A stretch of 24,000 nucleotides of DNA from Zafaria sp. J156 (GTDB lineage Bacteria > Actinomycetota > Actinomycetes > Actinomycetales > Micrococcaceae). Below, in pieces: positions 1 through 9,900 of the stretch. Location of the stretch: assembly GCF_036311985.1 (NCBI RefSeq), contig NZ_JAZDCJ010000028.1. One strand, 5' to 3'. The first letter of the stretch is position 1. Every line of letters begins with the position of its first letter. The notes below the pieces were generated by a model. The model was not told the DNA's origin. It saw only the letters and a program-made list of their open reading frames with translations, and ran no database searches. A program made the translations under genes and the position numbers.

Positions 1-372
1 TCGATCGCCAAGGACTCCGCCCCCTCGCGTCCCGCCCCGCCCGCCGCTCCGGAACGGCAGCCAGCCCGCCTGCAGCCCGTGCTGGACCTGGGCGGTCAGC
101 GCTACGCCCTGAACTCCGATTCCGTGGTCCTGGGGCGCTCCTCCGACGCGGACATCCCCGTGGAGGACCCGGGCGTCTCGCGCCGCCACCTGGAGATCCG
201 CAGCGAGCGCGGCCGCGCGTGGGCCGTGGACCTCGGCTCGACCAACGGCAGCTACGTCAACGGCCAGAAGGTGGACGGCCGCGAGGAGCTCTTCGACGGC
301 TCGGTCATCGCGATGGGCCGCACCCGCATCACCTTCCGGCTGCTCCCCCAACGTTCCGGAGGCCGCCCGTGA
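1..372 (+). CDS. fhaA: FHA domain protein FhaA, C-terminal part (gene starts before the window)
   Basis: Frame is open from base 1. FHA core VVLGRSSDADIPVEDPGVSRRHLEI...DLGSTNGSYVNG. Located directly upstream of fhaB-pstP-ftsW-pbpA-pkn. Confidence 0.88.
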   Translation, partial: SIAKDSAPSRPAPPAAPERQPARLQPVLDLGGQRYALNSDSVVLGRSSDADIPVEDPGVSRRHLEIRSERGRAWAVDLGSTNGSYVNGQKVDGREELFDGSVIAMGRTRITFRLLPQRSGGRP

Positions 373-854
373 CCGAACTCGTCCTGACGGCCCTGCGCCT
401 GGGCTTCCTGATCCTGTTGTGGATCCTGATCCTGAGCATCGTGGCCGCGCTACGGCGCGATCTCATCATCGGCAAACGCGCCCGCACCGGGACGGGGACG
501 GCCTCCGCGGCGCCCGCCGCCGGGGTCGCACCCCGCGCCGAGCCCGAGCAGCCGCCGCGCCAGCAGGCCCGCAGCCTCGAGGTCCTGGAGGGACCGCTCA
601 CGGGGACGAGCCTCGAGCTCGCGGCGAGCCCCATCCTGCTCGGCCGCGCCCAGGAGGCCACCCTCGTGCTCGAGGACGACTACGCCTCGGGCCGCCACGC
701 CCGCCTCTTCCCGCAGGGCAGCCGCTGGTTCATCGAGGACCTGGGCTCCACCAACGGCACGTTCCTCGGCGATTCCCAGCTCACCCGCGCCCAGCCCGTG
801 GAGCTCGGCCAGAAGATCCGGATCGGGAAGACGGTCATGGAGCTGAGGCCGTAG
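369..854 (+). CDS. fhaB: FHA domain protein FhaB/FipA with N-terminal membrane segment
   Basis: GTG start at 369 overlaps the fhaA stop (GTGA). N-terminal hydrophobic LVLTALRLGFLILLWILILSIV, then an FHA domain (ILLGRAQEATLVLEDDYASGRHARLF...DLGSTNGTFLG). Confidence 0.88.
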   Translation: MTELVLTALRLGFLILLWILILSIVAALRRDLIIGKRARTGTGTASAAPAAGVAPRAEPEQPPRQQARSLEVLEGPLTGTSLELAASPILLGRAQEATLVLEDDYASGRHARLFPQGSRWFIEDLGSTNGTFLGDSQLTRAQPVELGQKIRIGKTVMELRP

Positions 855-855
855 C

Positions 856-2301
856 ATGGCCCTCACCCTCCGGTTCGCCGCCGCGACCGACGTGGGCAGG
901 ATCCGGTCCAACAACCAGGACTCCGCCTACGCCGGGCGCTACCTTGCCGTCGTCGCCGACGGCATGGGCGGCCATGTCGGCGGGGACGTCGCCTCGGCGT
1001 CCACGGTGCTGGATCTGGTGCACCTGGACCAGGAGACCACGCAGGACATCGAGACGGTGCTGCCGGATGAGATCCAGACGGCGAACTCGATCCTCAACGA
1101 GCTCGTGAGCGCCAACCCGAAGCTCTCCGGCATGGGCACGACCGTCACGGCGCTGCTGCTCACGGGCGGCGTCTTCCAGTACGCGCACATCGGCGATTCC
1201 CGCGCCTACCGGCTCAAGAACGGCGAGTTCGAGCAGATCAGCCGCGACCACACGTTCGTCCAGCGCCTCGTCGACGAGGGCCGCCTGCGCCCCGAGGAGG
1301 CCGAGCACCACCCGCACAAGAACGTGCTCATGCGGGTCCTCGGCGACTCGGACGCGAGTCCCGAGCTGGACATCGCGCAGTACCCCGTCACCCCGGGCGA
1401 GCGCTGGCTCTTGTGCTCCGACGGCCTCAACGCCGTCGTCCCGGACGCCATCACCGAGCAGATCGTGCGCGGGACCGCATCCCTCCAGGAGACGGCCGAC
1501 GACCTCGTCGCCGTCACCCTCGCCAACGGCGCCCCCGATAACGTCACCGTCGTGGTCATCGAGGTCGCGGACGAGGACGACGACGGTGCCGCACCGGCGT
1601 CGTTCTCCTCCACCGGCGGCGCGGGGCAGGCCACCGCGACCGAGGCGGCCCCGGACACGGGGATCCTCCAGATAGCCCGGGAGGGCGACGTCGAGGCGAG
1701 CGCCGCCGTGATCCGCCACGAGCTCTCCCACCGGCCCCACGTCCTCGTCGGCTCGGCCCTGCTCGCGACGCAGACCGGGCACATCCCCATGGTGACGACC
1801 CGCTCCGCGGAGAAGCGCGCCGCGGCCATCCTGACCCACAAGGCCGCCGTGCCCGCCGGGCAGTCCGGCCCGGAGGCCGAGTCCACCTTCCAGGCGAAGG
1901 CCCCGTCCCGCCCCTGGCTGATCCCCGCCTTCCTCGGGCTCATGGGCCTGATCCTGGCCACCGTGCTGTGGTTCGGCTACGCGTGGACGCAGACCCAGTA
2001 CTACGTCGGCAACAACGCCGGCCGCGTCGCGATCTTCAACGGCGTCTCGCAGGACCTGGGGCCGATCAGGCTCTCGCGGCTGGACCAGACCACCGACATC
2101 CCGCTCGAGGCCCTCCCCGCCTACACCCAGCAGCGGATCAAGTCCTCGCTGCCCGCGCGGGACCTCGAACACGCCCAGGACATCGTCACCGAGCTGCTCA
2201 CCACCGCCCGGCAGAACTGTCCCGTGGTGGTTCCCGCCGAGCCGGGAAGCGGCATCTCGCCCACCGTCCCGCCGTCCTACTGCAGCGAGGTGTCCCCATG
2301 A
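856..2301 (+). CDS. pstP: PP2C-family Ser/Thr protein phosphatase
   Basis: PP2C motifs VVADGMGGHVGGDVAS, HIGDSRAYRL, RDHTFVQRLVDEG, LLCSDGLNAVV and APDNVTVVVIEV. Single TM segment (LIPAFLGLMGLILATVLWFGYAW) before the extracytoplasmic tail. Confidence 0.93.
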   Translation: MALTLRFAAATDVGRIRSNNQDSAYAGRYLAVVADGMGGHVGGDVASASTVLDLVHLDQETTQDIETVLPDEIQTANSILNELVSANPKLSGMGTTVTALLLTGGVFQYAHIGDSRAYRLKNGEFEQISRDHTFVQRLVDEGRLRPEEAEHHPHKNVLMRVLGDSDASPELDIAQYPVTPGERWLLCSDGLNAVVPDAITEQIVRGTASLQETADDLVAVTLANGAPDNVTVVVIEVADEDDDGAAPASFSSTGGAGQATATEAAPDTGILQIAREGDVEASAAVIRHELSHRPHVLVGSALLATQTGHIPMVTTRSAEKRAAAILTHKAAVPAGQSGPEAESTFQAKAPSRPWLIPAFLGLMGLILATVLWFGYAWTQTQYYVGNNAGRVAIFNGVSQDLGPIRLSRLDQTTDIPLEALPAYTQQRIKSSLPARDLEHAQDIVTELLTTARQNCPVVVPAEPGSGISPTVPPSYCSEVSP

Positions 2302-3752
2302 CCGACGTGCAGACCGCCCCGGTCTCCCGGCGCAACACGGAGCTGTGGCTCCTGGTGCTCGCGCTCGGCGTGGCCGTCGGGGCCAACTACCTGGCCAGCG
2401 CCACGAACCCGGCGGGCCCGGATCCCGACTTCGTCCAGCAGGGCGCCGTCCTCGCCGGACTCGCCCTCGCCGTGCACATCGTCCTGCGGATCTGGGCGAA
2501 GTACGCCGACCCCATCATCCTGCCGTGCGTCGTGGCGCTGAACGGGATCGGGATCGCCATGATCCACCGGCTCGATCTCACGACGGGCGACTCGGCGGCC
2601 ACGCGGCAGCTGCTGTGGACCGGGGTGGCCATGGCGGCCGCGATCATCACGCTGTGGGCCCTGCGCGACCACCGCGTGCTGCGGCGGGCGACCTACATCT
2701 TCCTCCTGGCCAGCGGCGTGCTCCTGCTGCTGCCGCTCGTCCCCGGGCTCGGGGCCGAGATCAACGGCGCCCGGATCTGGGTGCGCATGGGACCGCTGTC
2801 CTTCCAGCCGGGCGAGCTGGCCAAGATCACGCTCTCGATCTTCTTCGCCGGATACCTCTCCAACAACCGCGACCTGATCCTGCTCGCGGGGCGCAAGTTC
2901 GGGCCGCTGCAGCTGCCGCGCGCCCGGGACCTGGGGCCCATGGTCGTGGCGTGGCTCATCAGCATCGGCGTGCTCGTCTTCCAGCGCGACCTGGGCTCCT
3001 CGATCCTGTTCTTCGGGCTCTTCATGGTCATGATCTACGTCGCCACCGCGCGGATCAGCTGGATCGTGATCGGGCTCGGCATGGTCGCCGTCGGCGGCGT
3101 CCTGGCCGCCCGCTTCATGGGCCACGTCACGCGCCGCATCGACGCCTGGGTCAACGCCTTCGATCCCGAGGTGATCAACCGGCAGGGCGGCAGCGGGCAG
3201 ATCGTCCAGGGGCTCTTCGGGCTGGCCAACGGCGGCCTGTTCGGCAGCGGGATCGGCGGGGGGCGCCCCGACCTGGTGCCCTATGCCAACTCGGACATGA
3301 TCGTCGCCGCCCTCGGCGAGGAGCTCGGGCTCATCGGCATCACGGCGATCATCCTGCTCTACGTCCTGCTCGTCAGCCGCGGCATCCGCGCCGCCCTGGG
3401 CACGCGCGACGCGTTCGGGAAGCTCCTCGCGGCCGGCTTGTCCTTCACGATCGGCCTGCAGTGCTTCGTGGTCATGGGTGGCATCACGCGGCTCATCCCG
3501 CTCACGGGCCTGACCACGCCGTTCGTCGCCGCGGGCGGCTCCTCCCTCCTGTCCAACTGGATCATCGTGGCCCTGCTCCTGCTCGTGTCCAACAACGCGC
3601 GCCGCCCGGCCGCCGTCGGACCGCTGACCGACCTCGAGGTGGCCACGACGGCGCCCTCCGGCGAGGGCGGCGGGCGGCGGGGCCGCCCGGCCGGCCGGAC
3701 CCCGAAGCGGGCCGCGCCCGGGACCCGCGACGCCGAAGGAGGCACGGCATGA
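2298..3752 (+). CDS. ftsW: FtsW/RodA/SpoVE family peptidoglycan polymerase
   Basis: Multi-TM SEDS protein with [49 protein letters not shown] and [25 protein letters not shown] at 2298 overlaps the end of pstP. FtsW versus RodA assignment is by context. Confidence 0.93.
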   Translation: MTDVQTAPVSRRNTELWLLVLALGVAVGANYLASATNPAGPDPDFVQQGAVLAGLALAVHIVLRIWAKYADPIILPCVVALNGIGIAMIHRLDLTTGDSAATRQLLWTGVAMAAAIITLWALRDHRVLRRATYIFLLASGVLLLLPLVPGLGAEINGARIWVRMGPLSFQPGELAKITLSIFFAGYLSNNRDLILLAGRKFGPLQLPRARDLGPMVVAWLISIGVLVFQRDLGSSILFFGLFMVMIYVATARISWIVIGLGMVAVGGVLAARFMGHVTRRIDAWVNAFDPEVINRQGGSGQIVQGLFGLANGGLFGSGIGGGRPDLVPYANSDMIVAALGEELGLIGITAIILLYVLLVSRGIRAALGTRDAFGKLLAAGLSFTIGLQCFVVMGGITRLIPLTGLTTPFVAAGGSSLLSNWIIVALLLLVSNNARRPAAVGPLTDLEVATTAPSGEGGGRRGRPAGRTPKRAAPGTRDAEGGTA

Positions 3753-5197
3753 ACCAGGCCATCCGCAACGTCTGGATCGGCGTGATGGTGCTCTTCCTGG
3801 CCGTCATGGGCGCCTTGAGCTACATCCAGTTCTTCGCCGCCGCCGAGCTCAACGCGAACCCGCTGAACAACCGCCAGCTCTACCGCGACTTCGACCTGGC
3901 CCGCGGCGCGATCCTCGTGGACGGCGAGCCCGTGGCCGAGTCGGTGCGCTCCGACGGCCAGTTCGAGCACCAGCGGCGCTACAACACGCCGCTGCAGTAC
4001 TCCCACCTCACGGGCTTCTACTCGCTCGCCTACGGCTCCACGCACCTCGAGTCGGCCAAGAACCCCGAGCTCACGGGCCAGAGCGACAGCCAGTTCTTCA
4101 CGCGCCTCGTGAACCTCGTCTCCGGGGCCAGCAACGAGGGCGCCTCGGTGGAGCTGACGATCGACGGCGAGCTGCAGCAGCAGGTCTACGACATCCTCCC
4201 CGACGGCGTCCAGTCCACCGCGATCGTCTCCGATCCGCGCACCGGCGACATCCTGGCCATGGTCTCCAAGCCGGGATACGACACCAACAAGCTCGCCGTG
4301 CACAGCACGTCCCAGGCCTCCGCCAACATGGCCGAGCTGCTCGAGACGCCCGGCCTGAGCCCCTACATCAACCCCGCCACGGGCCACCTGATCTCCCCCG
4401 GATCGACCTTCAAGATCCTCGACGTCGTCGCCGCGCTCGAGTCCGGGGAGTTCGACCTCGACACGGTCTTCGAGAACCCGGCGAGCGTCCAGCTCCCGGG
4501 GACCACCGCGGAGATCAGCAACTTCGGCGAGGGCATCTGCACCCAGCGGCCGCAAGCGCAGCTCGACTTCATCATGGCCCAGAGCTGCAACACGCCGTTC
4601 GTGGAGATCTCCCGGACGGTCGGCGAGGACGCGCTGCGGGACGTCACCGAGCGCTTCGGCTTCGGCCAGCAGATCGACTTCCCGACGCGCGTGGCCCCCT
4701 CGGTGTTCCCCTCGGAGCTGACCGCGGCGCAGCTTGCGCAGTCCTCGATCGGGCAGTTCGACGTCAAGGCGAGCCCGCTGCAGATGAACATGGTCGCCAT
4801 GGGCATCGCCAACGACGGCGTGATCATGAAGCCGAACCTGGTCCGCAAGGTCGTCGCGCCGGACCTGCGGGTCCTGGAGGAGACGCAGCCGGAGGAGTTC
4901 AGCACGGCCACGACCCCGGAGGTCGCCGAACAGGTCACCGAGCTCATGCGCGGCCCGCTCGACGGCGGCACGGCCGCCTCGGCCGCCATCCCCGGGCTCG
5001 ACATCGCCGCGAAGACGGGAACGGCGGAGCTCGGCGACGGCACGGACCGCGTCAATTCGTGGATCACCGGCTTCGCGCCCGCGGACGACCCCCAGGTCGC
5101 CGTCACAATTGTTGTAGAGAAGATCGATTACGCGACCGGCCACACGCTGACCAGTCCCAACCTGAAGAAGATCCTAGAGGCGGTGTTCAACAAGTGA
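3749..5197 (+). CDS. pbpA: Penicillin-binding protein 2 family transpeptidase
   Basis: ATG at 3749 overlaps the ftsW stop (ATGA). N-terminal TM. Transpeptidase motifs STFK (PGSTFKILD), SCN (AQSCNTPF) and KTGT (AAKTGTAEL). Confidence 0.93.
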   Translation: MNQAIRNVWIGVMVLFLAVMGALSYIQFFAAAELNANPLNNRQLYRDFDLARGAILVDGEPVAESVRSDGQFEHQRRYNTPLQYSHLTGFYSLAYGSTHLESAKNPELTGQSDSQFFTRLVNLVSGASNEGASVELTIDGELQQQVYDILPDGVQSTAIVSDPRTGDILAMVSKPGYDTNKLAVHSTSQASANMAELLETPGLSPYINPATGHLISPGSTFKILDVVAALESGEFDLDTVFENPASVQLPGTTAEISNFGEGICTQRPQAQLDFIMAQSCNTPFVEISRTVGEDALRDVTERFGFGQQIDFPTRVAPSVFPSELTAAQLAQSSIGQFDVKASPLQMNMVAMGIANDGVIMKPNLVRKVVAPDLRVLEETQPEEFSTATTPEVAEQVTELMRGPLDGGTAASAAIPGLDIAAKTGTAELGDGTDRVNSWITGFAPADDPQVAVTIVVEKIDYATGHTLTSPNLKKILEAVFNK

Positions 5198-7056
5198 GGC
5201 CAACATCGGGTATCACCCTGGGCGGACGGTTCAAGCTGACCGACCGCATTGCCATCGGCGGCATGGGTGAGGTCTGGAAGGCCCAGGACCAGATCCTGGG
5301 ACGGACCGTGGCCATCAAGATCCTCAAGGAGGAATACACCGGGGACCCCGGCTTCCTCCAGCGCTTCCGGGCCGAGGCCCGCCACACGGCGCTGCTGAAC
5401 CACAACGGGATCGCGAACGTCTTCGACTACGGCGAGGAGTCCGGCTCCGCCTACCTCGTGATGGAGCTCGTCCCGGGCCAGCCGCTGTCCTCGATCATCG
5501 AGCGCGAGAAGGTCCTGAGCCCGGACCGGACGCTGTCCATCATCGGCCAGACCGCCCGGGCGCTCGCCGCCGCGCACGCGCAGGGCCTCGTGCACCGCGA
5601 CGTCAAGCCGGGCAACCTGCTGATCATGCCCGACGGCCGCGTGAAGATCACCGACTTCGGCATCGCCCGGATCGCCAACCAGGTGCCGCTGACCGCGACC
5701 GGCCAGGTCATGGGCACGGCGCAGTACCTGGCGCCGGAGCAGGCCACGGGACAGCAGGCCACGGGGGCGAGCGACATCTACTCGCTCGGCGTCATCGGCT
5801 ACGAGTGCCTCGCCGGCCGACGGCCGTTCTCGGGCGAGTCGCAGATCGCGATCGCCCTCGCCCAGGTCAACGACGCCCCGCCGCCACTGCCCGATTCCCT
5901 CCCGGCCCCCGTGCGGGCGCTGCTGATGTCGATGCTCGCGAAGTCCCCGGCGGACCGTCCCGCCGACGCGACCCGGCTCGCCGAGGCCGCTGACGCCCTC
6001 CGTGCCGGCAACGTCAAGGCCGCCCAGGCGGCGGTTCCCGGCATGCTGCTCTTCGCCGCGGACACCTCCGCGACCGCCGCGATCCCCGCCGGGGACACCG
6101 CGACGCAGGCCCACCCGACGACCGTGAACGAGCCGGCCGCGCCGAGCACGAGCGCCCTGCCCGCCGTCGGATCCGCCGCCACGGCCGCGGCCGCCGGTGC
6201 GGCGGCGGGCGCGGCCACGGGGCAGCAGCGAGCGGCCGACGACTTCGACTCGGTCCTCGGCGCGAGCCGCACCTGGAACCCGGACGACGACGAGGCCGCG
6301 GTGGACGCGGAACCGGCACCCGCGGCGCCGAAGCGGAGCCCGTGGACGTGGCCGCTCATCGCCCTGATCGTCCTGGTGCTCTTCGCCGTCCTCGGCACGT
6401 GGCTCGTCCCGCTGCTCACGGGTGCCGGGGAGGAAACGAGCCCGCCGCCGACGAGCGCGAGCCCGACGAGCGCGAGCCCGACGAGCTCCGCCGCGACCAC
6501 CTCGGCGACGAGCACGTCGGCCAGCCCGACCTCGGACTCGCCGTCGCCGACCACCCCTGCCCCGGCGACCGTGACCGTGAACCGCAACGAATACCTGGGC
6601 CTGCAGCTCGAGGACGCCCGCGCCCGCCTCGAGGGCCTCGGATTCAACGTGACCGACCGGCCGCGGGAGACCGAGGCGCAGCCGGAGAACACCGTCATCG
6701 ACATCGACCCCACGGGGAGCCTCGCCGAGGGCGCCACGGTCAACCTGGTCTACGCCGTCCCGCCGGAAGAGCAGGACGTCGACGTGCCGAGCGGGCTCGT
6801 CGGCCAGAGCGAGGAGGCGGCCCGCGCCGCGATCTCGGCCGCCGGCCTGACGCCGGTCTCGGGCGGCTCGGTGGCCAACGACCAGCCGGTCGGCACGGTC
6901 GTCTCCACGAACCCCTCGGGCGGCACGCCGGCCACCCCGGGATCCGAGGTCGTCTACGTGCTCTCGACGGGCCCGTCCACGACGAGCGCCCCGCCGACCA
7001 GCCCCTCGCCGGATCCGAGCGGGGAAGCCAGCTCGCCGCCGTCGGACAACGGCTAG
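5194..7056 (+). CDS. pknA: Ser/Thr protein kinase with two C-terminal PASTA repeats
   Basis: GTG at 5194 overlaps the pbpA stop (GTGA). Kinase motifs [36 protein letters not shown] and [12 protein letters not shown] segment [23 protein letters not shown], then two PASTA-like domains. Confidence 0.9.
   Translation: MRPTSGITLGGRFKLTDRIAIGGMGEVWKAQDQILGRTVAIKILKEEYTGDPGFLQRFRAEARHTALLNHNGIANVFDYGEESGSAYLVMELVPGQPLSSIIEREKVLSPDRTLSIIGQTARALAAAHAQGLVHRDVKPGNLLIMPDGRVKITDFGIARIANQVPLTATGQVMGTAQYLAPEQATGQQATGASDIYSLGVIGYECLAGRRPFSGESQIAIALAQVNDAPPPLPDSLPAPVRALLMSMLAKSPADRPADATRLAEAADALRAGNVKAAQAAVPGMLLFAADTSATAAIPAGDTATQAHPTTVNEPAAPSTSALPAVGSAATAAAAGAAAGAATGQQRAADDFDSVLGASRTWNPDDDEAAVDAEPAPAAPKRSPWTWPLIALIVLVLFAVLGTWLVPLLTGAGEETSPPPTSASPTSASPTSSAATTSATSTSASPTSDSPSPTTPAPATVTVNRNEYLGLQLEDARARLEGLGFNVTDRPRETEAQPENTVIDIDPTGSLAEGATVNLVYAVPPEEQDVDVPSGLVGQSEEAARAAISAAGLTPVSGGSVANDQPVGTVVSTNPSGGTPATPGSEVVYVLSTGPSTTSAPPTSPSPDPSGEASSPPSDNG
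6449..6488 (+). repeat. About 2.6 copies of a 15-bp in-frame tandem repeat encoding TSASP in the juxtamembrane linker
   Basis: ccgacgagcgcgagcccgacgagcgcgagcccgacgagc read directly; translates to [13 protein letters not shown]. Confidence 0.75.
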
Positions 7057-7075
7057 GCAGCGGCGGAGGAGGAAC

Positions 7076-9076
7076 GTGACCCAGACGCGCATCATCAACG
7101 GACGCTACGACGTCGGCGAGCTCATCGGCCGCGGCGGCATGGCCGACGTGCACCGGGGCCGGGACATCCGGCTCGGCCGCGACGTCGCCATCAAGCTGCT
7201 GCGCCGCGACCTGGCCCGGGACCCGATGTTCCAGGCGCGCTTCCGCCGCGAGGCGCAGGCCGTCGCCGGGCTCAACCACCCCGCCGTCGTCGCGGTGTAC
7301 GACACGGGCGAGGAGGAGCTCGGGGCCGACGAGCAGCACGAGGTGCGCGTCCCGTACATCGTCATGGAGTTCGTCGAGGGCCGGACGCTGCGCGAGCTGA
7401 TCAAGACCGGCGAGCTCACTCTCGAGTCCTCCGTCCGCTACGCCCGCGGCGTGCTCGCCGCCCTGGCCTACAGCCACCGCAAGGGGATCGTCCACCGGGA
7501 CATCAAGCCGGCGAACGTCATGGTGACGGGGGACGACGAGGTCAAGGTCATGGACTTCGGGATCGCCCGCGCCCTCGCCGACTCGGCCGCCACCATGACC
7601 CAGACCCAGGCCGTCGTGGGCACCGCCCAGTACCTGTCCCCCGAGCAGGCGCGCGGGGAGACGGTGGATGCCCGCAGCGACCTCTACTCGGCCGGCTGCC
7701 TGCTCTTCGAGCTGCTCACGGGCCGGCCGCCCTTTACGGGCGACAGCCCGGTCTCCGTGGCCTACCAGCACGTCAGCGAGGAGGCCCCGACCGCGAGCGG
7801 GCTCAACCCCGAGGTCTTCCGACAGCTCGACGAGGTCCTCGCGACGGCGCTGCGCAAGGACCGCGACGAGCGCTACCAGGACGCCGACGCGTTCGCCCAC
7901 GCCCTCGAGGCCGCCCTCGCCGGGCGTGGGCTCCCGGACGACCTCGGCGACGCGACCCAGGCGCTCTCCGTCGCCGCCGTCTCCACACAGGCGCTCAACG
8001 CCCTCCCTCCGGATCCCACCGCGGCGCTGACGGGCCTCGTCGGCCCGGGCGAGGACGCGTCGACGAGCTCCTTCGCAGCGGTCGCCGCGGCGCACTCCTC
8101 CGAGGCGTCGGAGGCCGCGGACGACGCCGGATCCCCCGACACGGCGGGCGGGCTCCTCTTCTCCGACGACGACGGGCACGACGCCGCCTCCCGCGCCGCC
8201 GAGCTCGAGCGGGAACGCTACGAACGCTCGCGGCGGCGCGCCTGGATCACCGTCTTCACCGTGCTGGCGGTCCTCGTGGTCGCCGCCGGAGCCTGGTTCC
8301 TCTGGTCCTGGTCGCAGGCCGAGCAGGCCCGCAACGCGACCGTTCCCGTCCCGGAGGTCTCCGGGATGTCCGAGACGCAGGCGCAGAACGAGATCCTTGC
8401 GGCGAACCTCCGGCTGGGAGGAATCGAGCGCGAGTTCAGCGACGACGTCCCGGACGGCGAGGCCATCCGGACCACGCCGGGCGCGGGCGAATCCGTGCGC
8501 GTGCAGTCCGAGGTCGTCCTGGTGCTCTCGCAGGGGCCGGAGAACGTCCTGATCCCGGAGAGCCTCGAGGGGCTCTCGGAGAGCGCGGCGCGCAGCGCGC
8601 TCGAGCAGCTCAAGCTCGTCGTCGATCCCCAGACGGTCCAGAAGGAGCATCCGAGCGTCCCGGCCCGGGACGTGCTCGGCACCAACCCGGCGATCGGCGA
8701 GCAGGTCAAGGTCGGCTCGACCGTGCAGCTGATCCTCTCGAGCGGCAAGGTCACCGTCCCCAACCTCTCGGCGGACGGGATGACGGAGGAGAAGGCCCGG
8801 CAGATGCTCGAGGACGAGGCGCTCACGGGCCTCCAGCTCGTCGTCAACGAGGTCGAGAACTCCGTCGTCGATCCGGGCTTCGTGACCAATCAGAGCCCGC
8901 GGCCGGGCGAGCTCGTGGACCAGAACGGCGTCATCACGATCGACGTGGCCAAGGCCCCGGCCGCCCCGAGCGATCCGCCCGGGGAGTCGAGCCCGCCCGC
9001 CGACGAATCCAGCCCGCCGCCGAGCACGGAGCCACCGGCGGACGGCGAGGACAACGGGGACGAGGACGAGGGCTGA
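7076..9076 (+). CDS. pknB: Ser/Thr protein kinase PknB with about three PASTA repeats
   Basis: Kinase motifs LIGRGGMADVHRG, VAIKLL, IVHRDIKPANVMV, VMDFGIARAL and GTAQYLSPEQ. TM segment followed by PASTA repeats (e.g. VPVPEVSGMSETQAQNEILAANL..., VTVPNLSADGMTEEKARQML...). Confidence 0.93.
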   Translation: MTQTRIINGRYDVGELIGRGGMADVHRGRDIRLGRDVAIKLLRRDLARDPMFQARFRREAQAVAGLNHPAVVAVYDTGEEELGADEQHEVRVPYIVMEFVEGRTLRELIKTGELTLESSVRYARGVLAALAYSHRKGIVHRDIKPANVMVTGDDEVKVMDFGIARALADSAATMTQTQAVVGTAQYLSPEQARGETVDARSDLYSAGCLLFELLTGRPPFTGDSPVSVAYQHVSEEAPTASGLNPEVFRQLDEVLATALRKDRDERYQDADAFAHALEAALAGRGLPDDLGDATQALSVAAVSTQALNALPPDPTAALTGLVGPGEDASTSSFAAVAAAHSSEASEAADDAGSPDTAGGLLFSDDDGHDAASRAAELERERYERSRRRAWITVFTVLAVLVVAAGAWFLWSWSQAEQARNATVPVPEVSGMSETQAQNEILAANLRLGGIEREFSDDVPDGEAIRTTPGAGESVRVQSEVVLVLSQGPENVLIPESLEGLSESAARSALEQLKLVVDPQTVQKEHPSVPARDVLGTNPAIGEQVKVGSTVQLILSSGKVTVPNLSADGMTEEKARQMLEDEALTGLQLVVNEVENSVVDPGFVTNQSPRPGELVDQNGVITIDVAKAPAAPSDPPGESSPPADESSPPPSTEPPADGEDNGDEDEG

Positions 9077-9092
9077 CCACCCCCGGGCGGTG

Positions 9093-9731
9093 CTAGTCCT
9101 GGATGAGCGGGCTGAGCGTGGCCGCGCGCTGGGCCGCGCCGGAGACCCCGAGCGACTCGAGCCAGTTCCCGAGCATCTGGTAGCCGCCCTCGGTCAACAC
9201 GGACTCGGGGTGGAACTGCACGCCCCACAGCGGGGCGTCGCGGTGGGCGAGCCCCATGACGACCCCGCCTTCCGTCTCCGCGATGATCTCCAGTTCGTCG
9301 GGGACGGTGTCCCGCACGGCGGCGAGCGAGTGGTAGCGGGTGGCCGTGAACGGATTGGCCACGTCGTGGAAGACGGGGTGGCCGCCGTGGTGGATGAGCG
9401 AGGTCTTGCCGTGCATGAGCTCCTCGGCGTGCGTCACGGTGCCGCCATAGGCCTCTGCGAGCGCCTGGTGGCCGAGGCAGACGCCGAGCATCGGCTTGCC
9501 GGCGTTCCCGCACCAGCGAATGACGTCGATGCAGACGCCGGCCTCGGCCGGATTGCCCGGACCGGGCGAGACCAGCACGCCGTCGCGCACGGACGCGAGC
9601 TCGATCGCCTCCTCGAGGCTGACGTCGTCGTTGCGGACCACGGTGGTCTCCGCGCCGAGCTCCTGCAGGTAGCCGACCAGCGTGTAGACGAAGCTGTCGT
9701 AGTTGTCGATCACGAGGATCCGGGCGGTCAT
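9093..9731 (-). CDS. Class I glutamine amidotransferase, anthranilate/aminodeoxychorismate synthase component II type
   Basis: From ATG at 9731: MTARILVIDNYDSFVYTLVGYLQELGAE...SPGPGNPAEAG...GVCLGHQALAEAYGG...YHSLA...GVQFHPESVLTEGG. The GVCLGHQ nucleophile and HPE triad are present. TrpG versus PabA is not resolved. Confidence 0.92.
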   Translation of the reverse strand: MTARILVIDNYDSFVYTLVGYLQELGAETTVVRNDDVSLEEAIELASVRDGVLVSPGPGNPAEAGVCIDVIRWCGNAGKPMLGVCLGHQALAEAYGGTVTHAEELMHGKTSLIHHGGHPVFHDVANPFTATRYHSLAAVRDTVPDELEIIAETEGGVVMGLAHRDAPLWGVQFHPESVLTEGGYQMLGNWLESLGVSGAAQRAATLSPLIQD

Positions 9732-9898
9732 GACTGCAGCACCAAGCCAATCGTTGATTCGGTCCACGGGCTGAACTGGCTGGCCCACGGGAAGACGTAC
9801 TCCATCAGCACCAGTATGGCGGCGGCGATCACCAGGAGGGAAATAAGTATCCGCACCCACAGCGGGCCCGGCAGCTTGCTGAACATCCACGCGTACAC
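9728..9898 (-). CDS. Small (56 aa) single-pass membrane protein
   Basis: GTG start at 9898: VYAWMFSKLPGPLWVRILISLLVIAAAILVLMEYVFPWASQFSPWTESTIGLVLQS. Its stop overlaps the ATG of the amidotransferase gene, and it begins just after the sortase gene ends. Confidence 0.75.
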   Translation of the reverse strand: MYAWMFSKLPGPLWVRILISLLVIAAAILVLMEYVFPWASQFSPWTESTIGLVLQS

Positions 9899-9900
9899 GG

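Noticed and set aside
835-2172. 445-aa minus-strand ORF antisense to pstP
   Set aside because: High-GC shadow ORF, rich in Arg/Gly/Ala/His/Asp with no recognisable domain. The + strand encodes a clear PP2C phosphatase.
2345-3748. Upstream part of the 950-aa ORF preceding pbpA
   Set aside because: It overlaps ftsW out of frame and is low-complexity GAR-rich. The true pbpA start is the ATG at 3749.
3359-5143. 594-aa antisense ORF over ftsW/pbpA
   Set aside because: Compositional artefact of GC3 bias opposite a well-supported PBP gene.
5128-7098. 656-aa antisense ORF over the first kinase
   Set aside because: Shadow ORF with skewed composition and no family motifs.
6740-8650. 636-aa antisense ORF over pknA/pknB
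   Set aside because: Shadow ORF; both kinase genes are unambiguous on the other strand.
9077-9092. Terminator between pknB and the convergent amidotransferase gene
   Set aside because: Only a weak, interrupted CCACCCCC/GGGCGGTG dyad in a very short gap. Not enough to call.
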